Source: a virus. From it: a DNA stretch of 35,059 nt. The stretch is taken from IMG/VR virus record IMGVR_UViG_3300020138_000005, positions 1 to 35,059 of that record. One strand, 5' to 3'. Within the stretch, counting starts at the first letter, position 1. Each line of letters begins with the position of its first letter. The notes under the pieces are model-generated. The model did no database searches and was not told the DNA's origin. It saw only the letters and a list, made by a program, of their open reading frames with translations. Both the position numbers and the translations under genes were made by a program. Positions 30,073 through 35,059 of this stretch are shown here, one piece after another.

Positions 30073-30737
30073 TGGACGTGGTCATTCCCTACAGGCGGTC
30101 TTTCAGCAAAGAACTAATTTACGCTCTGCGTTCCATAGACCAAAACCTACCTCACCGCAATGTTTATATCATTGGCGATGACACACCAGAGCTAGCCATT
30201 GAAAACATCCAATTCCAGCAAAGTTCAGACATAGCTAGAAACACCGCAGACATCATAACTCTCGCCTGTAACAATCCAGACATATCTGATGATTTTATCT
30301 ACACGCATGATGACATATTCGTTATGAACCCGATTGCCAAAATACCAATTCACTATAAAACCACGTTTAGAGAGCTTCTAAGCGACGTAAAAAAGCCAAA
30401 TGACTATTACACCAAACGAGCTATAAAAACCTACCAGAAGCTGCGAGAACTAGGAATTAGCGAGCCTCTATGCTATGAGCTTCATATACCGTTCGTCATA
30501 AACAAGAAAAAGTGGCTAGAAACAGCAGAAACAGCGGGCTATCAATTCAACAAGACCTCAATCTATGGGAATTTACATGAGATAGGCGGCACACAGCTAA
30601 AAGACCCAAAGGTCTTTAGAACTGATTGGCTACCGAGCGGTGATTTCATCTCAACTCATGAAGCTACGTTTGACAAATTTCAAGCTGGTAGAATAATTAG
30701 AAGTAGATTTGCGGAAAGGTGTCGGTATGAACGGTAG
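30069..30737 (+). CDS. Stealth (CR2)-like sugar-phosphate transferase candidate
   Basis: KELIYALRSIDQNLPH..VYIIGDDTPE and FIYTHDDIFVMNP resemble the Stealth CR2 pattern (ELRYSLRS ... NDD.F). Confidence 0.45.
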   Translation: MMDVVIPYRRSFSKELIYALRSIDQNLPHRNVYIIGDDTPELAIENIQFQQSSDIARNTADIITLACNNPDISDDFIYTHDDIFVMNPIAKIPIHYKTTFRELLSDVKKPNDYYTKRAIKTYQKLRELGISEPLCYELHIPFVINKKKWLETAETAGYQFNKTSIYGNLHEIGGTQLKDPKVFRTDWLPSGDFISTHEATFDKFQAGRIIRSRFAERCRYER

Positions 30738-31356
30738 CACAGGTGGCGAAATTAAGAATGTGTCGATGACAGAATATCAGCAAAGGTACCTTGCTCATCA
30801 GCAATTTGGTAAAAAAGACCAGCTAATTGCGATAATGAAAGAAAGGCACAGCCAAAGGCAATTCGACACAAAAGAAATACCAGAAGAAGTAGTACAAGAA
30901 ATACTTTCATCGTGCCGCTATGCGATGTCTAGCTGCGACAGATTCGGTGTTCGGATATTAGTTACTGATGACAGAGACGACAAGGCGATATTAAATGGTC
31001 TACTCGTAGGATCAGTAGGGTGGATATATAGAGCTAAAGTAGTTCTACTACTTATGGCAGACCCTAGAGCGTATCAAGCTAATGATGAGATAGGATTTAT
31101 GCCTTACTTGGATGCTGGAATACTTATAGAACATATCAGCTTATTGTCAACATCAATGGGACTTAGGAGTGCCTATAGCAATCCCAACATCAGACCCAAC
31201 AATGTTGCTCACTTCAAGCAACTATTCATGCCCGAAGGGTGGAGCGATGTTATATTTTGCGGAGCTATTGCTTTAGGTTGGCCACATCAAGATGAGATTC
31301 ATCACGAACGTAATTTACTAGAAAAAATCACTGTCAATAGAGGTGGTATAATATGA
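30727..31356 (+). CDS. Nitroreductase-fold flavoprotein
   Basis: MKERHSQRQFDTKEIPEEVVQEILSSCRYAMSSCDRFGVRILV matches the R.S.R.F ... P.e.l..il ... PS..N.Q nitroreductase N-terminal signature. The start is set at ATG 30727 behind gaaagg. Confidence 0.6.
   Translation: MNGSTGGEIKNVSMTEYQQRYLAHQQFGKKDQLIAIMKERHSQRQFDTKEIPEEVVQEILSSCRYAMSSCDRFGVRILVTDDRDDKAILNGLLVGSVGWIYRAKVVLLLMADPRAYQANDEIGFMPYLDAGILIEHISLLSTSMGLRSAYSNPNIRPNNVAHFKQLFMPEGWSDVIFCGAIALGWPHQDEIHHERNLLEKITVNRGGII
31344..31352 (+). promoter_or_regulatory. Extended -10 box, tggtataat, abutting the HNH gene start
   Basis: Perfect TGNTATAAT ending 1 nt before ATG 31353. A transcript from it would begin near 31359 and would use the in-frame ATG 31395. 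Confidence 0.35.
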
Positions 31357-31976
31357 CTATAAACATAAACCCCACAAGAAAGGATGAGTTTCTCATGGGC
31401 AACACTATTATACCAAAAAAATGTACAATTGGCGGCTGCGGTAAAGGCGGTCGAATAACAAGAAATTTGTGTAGTGGGCATTATCATAAATACCTACGCT
31501 ATGGAGACCCAAATGTATCTAAACAGACTAGATACGAGAGCTGCCAAATAGACGGCTGTGATAAAAAAATCAAAACCTGGACTTCAAGAGGAATGTGTAG
31601 GATGCACTACACAAGATATTGGAGGCATGGCGACCCAATGTACACTGAAATGACTATGCTTTATACAAATAACAAGGCTGAAGCAGATGTATGGTCAGGG
31701 ATGAAAAAGAGGTGTTACAACAAAAACGATGCTAAGTACGAATATTATGGAGGCCGAGGGATTAAAGTTTGTGACAGATGGTTGGAATCATTCGCTAACT
31801 TTTTAGAAGATATGGGGAATCGTCCTAGCGACTCCCACTCTATTGACCGTATTGACAATGACGGCAACTATGAACCTGGAAATTGTCGTTGGGCGACAGC
31901 TAAACAGCAAGCAAATAATAGACGAAAACCTACCAAGAAGACCAGACGACTTATAGATAGTGTGGTGATGGAATGA
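31353..31976 (+). CDS. HNH-family homing endonuclease with duplicated CxxGC...HY zinc modules
   Basis: C-terminal VWSGMKKRCYN...YYGGRGIKVCDRW..F..F..DMG.RP...SIDRIDNDGNYEPGNCRWATAKQQANN is a common phage HNH signature. The N-terminal Cys modules are shared with the 8669 gene. Confidence 0.75.
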   Translation: MTININPTRKDEFLMGNTIIPKKCTIGGCGKGGRITRNLCSGHYHKYLRYGDPNVSKQTRYESCQIDGCDKKIKTWTSRGMCRMHYTRYWRHGDPMYTEMTMLYTNNKAEADVWSGMKKRCYNKNDAKYEYYGGRGIKVCDRWLESFANFLEDMGNRPSDSHSIDRIDNDGNYEPGNCRWATAKQQANNRRKPTKKTRRLIDSVVME

Positions 31977-32677
31977 GTGTTGGTATCGTAACCGTAATTT
32001 ATGATGGTTATGGAAAATTCCTAGATCAGTTTGTGGAGTTTGTCCTCAAGTCGACTGTCCAGCCTGAGCAACTGACAATTGTTCTGGGCAAAAAGCATGG
32101 TGTGACTGCTGAACAAAAAAAAGCCATCAAAGAGAAAATAAATGTTGTCTTCGTTTACGACCGCAAAGACAATCCGAACGTAGGCAGACTAAGCAACGCT
32201 GGAATAGCTAAGACCGACACCGAATGGATTATGGTCATGGACGTGGACGACCTTATTCTGCCAAAATCACTGGAAGTATTTTCTCTAGTCGAACACAAAG
32301 CAGACTATATTTGTATTGGCTGGCGGCTATATTTGAAAGGCAAGATGTACCACTACACTTCACCCCTGCCAAGTTACTGGGCGAATCTCAAGCCGAACCA
32401 ACGCAGCAAACGCCGTATAAACAACAACTCGCCATTCCGACGTAAACTATGGGAAGCTAATCAGTTTGCTGAAAACAATTGGTGCACTCTGAAATTCATA
32501 GCGGATTGTGTGGAACAAGGAGCCAGATTTATACAGGTAAGCCGTGCCTGCATAACTTACCGACAATGGCACGGCAGTATGTATGGTAGTGACGAATGGA
32601 AAGACGCCAAACCTGAAGTTATCAAAGACGTTCAGGATATGTATGCAAGAATTCAAAGGTACTATGCTAAATCCTAA
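31973..32677 (+). CDS. GT2-family glycosyltransferase
   Basis: N-terminal VGIVTVIYDGY... and MVMDVDD (DxD) in a GT-A arrangement. Confidence 0.6.
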   Translation: MSVGIVTVIYDGYGKFLDQFVEFVLKSTVQPEQLTIVLGKKHGVTAEQKKAIKEKINVVFVYDRKDNPNVGRLSNAGIAKTDTEWIMVMDVDDLILPKSLEVFSLVEHKADYICIGWRLYLKGKMYHYTSPLPSYWANLKPNQRSKRRINNNSPFRRKLWEANQFAENNWCTLKFIADCVEQGARFIQVSRACITYRQWHGSMYGSDEWKDAKPEVIKDVQDMYARIQRYYAKS

Positions 32678-33407
32678 CCCTCGTATTTTTATAGTTGGAG
32701 GATGGTGGAAAGAGCCACAGCATCTTGTAGATGATTGGTATGAGAGTTTTTCTTGGGCAGATAAAATTTGTATCGTAGATGATCGCAAAAACAAAGTGTG
32801 GGGTGACGAGGGTAAATATAGATTGAAACAACGCGCCAAACTGGAAAAAGCAGGTATAAAGCCATGGGATTGGGTATTTGTAACCAGCCCTGATGAACGG
32901 CTGGAAGTCGGTGCTGAAGCTGTCATGAGAGAAGAAATCCAAAAGGATCTGGGTCTTAGGACTTACTCTTTTGACCTAAAAGAATTATTTACACCATTGC
33001 AATACAGGACAGATGGAATCTGGGGCAGAAAAACACGACCTAGGTTATACCCTTATTTACCTAACCAGATATTTCATACCAGGAAAATTCAGCAAACTCC
33101 AGTCCCACTGACGCGAATCAACCAAAGATATAAACGCCTAAAGCTAGACCTAAATATTTATCACCTGAAAATGATAGAACCGGAAAACCGCCAAACAAGG
33201 ATAGATGACTATACCGCAGCCGATCCACAAGGCAGATTGGTCAACAAGAACAGCCCCTCTATAAAACGATTAGACCCAGAGGGTAAGTTTGCAAAGCATG
33301 GTTGGAATTATCTAAAAGACACTGAGGGCATGATTTTAGAGCGAATACCAAGGGGTAGAGGATATCGACCTAAATATAAGCCCTATAGTTTGCGGAAAAT
33401 AAGCTGA
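32664..33407 (+). CDS. GT2-like glycosyltransferase candidate
   Basis: ICIVDDRKN ... WDWVFVTSPDERLE resembles the GT2 D.D ... DaDE pattern. The start is set at ATG 32664, overlapping the upstream stop. Confidence 0.4.
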   Translation: MLNPNPRIFIVGGWWKEPQHLVDDWYESFSWADKICIVDDRKNKVWGDEGKYRLKQRAKLEKAGIKPWDWVFVTSPDERLEVGAEAVMREEIQKDLGLRTYSFDLKELFTPLQYRTDGIWGRKTRPRLYPYLPNQIFHTRKIQQTPVPLTRINQRYKRLKLDLNIYHLKMIEPENRQTRIDDYTAADPQGRLVNKNSPSIKRLDPEGKFAKHGWNYLKDTEGMILERIPRGRGYRPKYKPYSLRKIS

Positions 33408-33479
33408 TAGTATAGCCAAGATTGAGAAGCAGAAGTTACTAGATTTACTATAGTCTGTGGATAACCAAGAATAAAGTGC

Positions 33480-33507
33480 TTGACAATTATATAATATTCT
33501 ATATACT
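33480..33507 (+). promoter_or_regulatory. Sigma70-type promoter, TTGACA-N16-TATACT, in an AT-rich block
   Basis: ttgaca attatataatattcta tatact. Additional TATA-like boxes follow. Confidence 0.45.
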
Positions 33508-33546
33508 GATAGATACAATAAACTAATTCATGAAAGGCATAAAAGC

Positions 33547-33768
33547 ATGAAAACAATCTATCTAATAACAGTAAACGGGAATGTAAGTAATGAAGCTTAC
33601 TCAACCATAGAGGAAGCTCAAACCTTTATAAACTCAAGATTAAATCTAAACCCGACTAGATGGATAAGAGCACACCACACACCAGAAACAGGATTCTGGG
33701 ATATAGAGCAAGCACAGGACAACGGTTTGACAAACCGCTACACGATTAAAGACGTAAGAGTTAAATAA
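33547..33768 (+). CDS. Hypothetical protein
   Basis: 73-aa ORF. Confidence 0.45.
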   Translation: MKTIYLITVNGNVSNEAYSTIEEAQTFINSRLNLNPTRWIRAHHTPETGFWDIEQAQDNGLTNRYTIKDVRVK

Positions 33769-33817
33769 CCATCCGACCCGAGCACGTCGTTAAACTGCTC
33801 TGCCTAAAGGAGAAAAT

Positions 33818-33967
33818 ATGAACCAAGACTGGCTAATCAAGAACATACCAGTAGAGACAAGACTAAAGATTAAAAAGTACGCCAAAGATAACGGCTATAC
33901 TATCGCTGGAGCTATTAAGGCGTTAGTAAATGAGGCTTTAGATAGTATAGAGGCTATACATGGGTAA
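33818..33967 (+). CDS. Ribbon-helix-helix (Arc/CopG-like) DNA-binding protein (below track cutoff)
   Basis: Hand translation gives MNQDWLIKNIPVETRLKIKKYAKDNGYTIAGAIKALVNEALDSIEAIHG, a β-strand plus two helices. SD is aaaggag. Confidence 0.6.
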   Translation: MNQDWLIKNIPVETRLKIKKYAKDNGYTIAGAIKALVNEALDSIEAIHG

Positions 33968-34160
33968 AATATCAGATATTGAAATAGTAGAAAAAGACTG
34001 GATGCCAGAAGATACATTTGCTCTTGTTACCGAACGACTATCCAAGCAATACGATATACCACCGATGATTAAAAGTAAGACTAAAAAAGAGAGCTGGTTG
34101 AAACGTAAAGTAAGTTTGTATAGGTTTAAAAAAGCATTGGTAGAGAAAAGGATGAGATGA
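33960..34160 (+). CDS. Small basic hypothetical protein
   Basis: 66-aa ORF that overlaps the RHH gene by 8 nt (ATGGGTAA). Confidence 0.45.
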   Translation: MGKISDIEIVEKDWMPEDTFALVTERLSKQYDIPPMIKSKTKKESWLKRKVSLYRFKKALVEKRMR

Positions 34161-34366
34161 AAGACACCCCACAACTAACAGACCTAGAAAAAGTAGTTAA
34201 GGTGCTAGACTCAAAGATTACTACTAACTTACAGATTACCCGAAGCATATTTGAAATGACAGCCTATTCTATATACGAAGAGCCAAGAGCAAAAGAGCTT
34301 ATCGGGAAGCTTGAAAAAACTATTGACCAGCTGGAAGCAGAAATCAAAGAAACCCTGGACAACTAA
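34157..34366 (+). CDS. Small coiled-coil hypothetical protein
   Basis: 69-aa ORF with an ATGA overlap. Confidence 0.45.
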   Translation: MKDTPQLTDLEKVVKVLDSKITTNLQITRSIFEMTAYSIYEEPRAKELIGKLEKTIDQLEAEIKETLDN

Positions 34367-34464
34367 CATTTATGCTAAACTAACCTTGTATACCTACCAA
34401 GCGTTGGATATACCCTTAAAGCCTCTTGATGGCGAGACCTTATGGATCAATATCGGGGGCTTTT

Positions 34465-34473
34465 TGTTATAAT
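34465..34473 (+). promoter_or_regulatory. Extended -10 promoter, tgttataat
   Basis: TGNTATAAT in an intergenic region after a hairpin and T-run. Confidence 0.5.
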
Positions 34474-34522
34474 AGAGGTAGCACTTTAACATTACGGGCA
34501 AGTTCAATGAAAGGTAAAGAAT

Positions 34523-34891
34523 ATGGACAAGGATACGAAAAAGGCACAACTCTATGTTTATGTAGAGAGTGATATACCGTCACGAGATGACGGCTGGAAG
34601 AAGACAAATGTTGAACTTACAATTGACCAAGGAGTTCGTAAACTATCATGGCGTACAAGCGAAGATAGTGTTACTGAAGTAGGAGGCTGGGGTTCTAATA
34701 ATATTGTTGCTGGACGCAAAGATATTGATAGGCTCACAGGCGAACTCCTGACACTAGCTGATGCTATGATAGGCGACAAAGAACAGCGTGACGCATGGAA
34801 GAAGCTTTTACGCTCAACAATTCACAAATGGCACGACGAGAAGTTTAATCGCTACGAATTAACTCCAAAAGACATAAAAGAACTACAATAA
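34523..34891 (+). CDS. Hypothetical protein
   Basis: 122-aa ORF. No family is recognised. Confidence 0.45.
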   Translation: MDKDTKKAQLYVYVESDIPSRDDGWKKTNVELTIDQGVRKLSWRTSEDSVTEVGGWGSNNIVAGRKDIDRLTGELLTLADAMIGDKEQRDAWKKLLRSTIHKWHDEKFNRYELTPKDIKELQ

Positions 34892-34915
34892 CTAACCCAC
34901 CTTGCCCGTAGGTGG

Positions 34916-34924
34916 TGCTATAAT
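34916..34924 (+). promoter_or_regulatory. Extended -10 promoter, tgctataat, reading into the ORF-poor junction region
   Basis: TGNTATAAT directly after hairpin ccacct/aggtgg. The next terminator lies at 188..214 across the circular junction. Confidence 0.5.
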
Positions 34925-35059
34925 AGAAACACAAGCAATAAATGACCGTGGCAGGTTAGATTGTTGGAAATAGTGTCGATGTCGCTACTCCGTAAAACGC
35001 CTTATCAAGCAATACATCGTGCCGTCCGTAAGTGTGCCACCATATCGGGTAGCGGTAAA

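Noticed and set aside
32224-32942. Overlapping track ORFs 32224..32445 (+), 32447..32926 (-) and 32667..32942 (-) within the glycosyltransferase genes
   Set aside because: They are alternative-frame or antisense shadows of ORFs that carry recognisable GT2 motifs. They have no independent initiation signals.

Overview
The window looks like a complete tailed dsDNA phage genome. Its first 127 bp (1..127) are identical to its last 127 bp (34933..35059), so the unique length is about 34,932 bp and the contig is probably circular or circularly assembled. The layout has three parts. (i) A long + strand packaging, head, tail and lysis block runs 378..22367. It holds an HNH endonuclease, small terminase, an intein-containing large terminase, a fibre cassette, a portal-MuF fusion, a ClpP-like protease-scaffold-major capsid fusion, connectors, major tail protein, chaperones, a 651-aa tape measure, Dit, Tal, three tandem paralogs, a receptor-binding candidate, an XhlA-like protein, an amidase endolysin and a holin. 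No sheath gene is present, so the tail is siphovirus-like. (ii) A convergent - strand block runs 29182..22513. It holds RusA, many translationally coupled micro-ORFs, a Rad52/Sak-like annealase, a PD-(D/E)XK exonuclease, a KGG-motif protein, a pentapeptide-repeat protein, a phage-type Dam methylase, and a membrane protein paired with an Rpf-like transglycosylase. (iii) A second + strand block runs 29683..34891. It holds a Stealth-like transferase, a nitroreductase-fold protein, two GT2-like glycosyltransferases and small regulators including a ribbon-helix-helix protein. I recognise no integrase, repressor, DNA polymerase, primase, helicase, tRNA or CRISPR array. The strongest lead is in the large terminase. 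A Hint-type intein splits the Walker A loop, and its central region is also the +1-frame coding sequence of a complete free-standing-type NUMOD4/HNH homing endonuclease, with both frames open. Other leads: a stereotyped TGNTATAAT promoter family on the + strand, four copies of which sit exactly 6 nt before an ATG (predicted leaderless mRNAs); each of three homing-endonuclease genes carries its own TGGTATAAT box; TTGACA-N17 promoters with an identical 20-nt RBS cassette on the - strand; an SD-sequestering helix on one endonuclease gene; and an ORF-free, highly structured 500-bp divergent control region. All functional calls rest on motif recognition by eye, and no database search was run.
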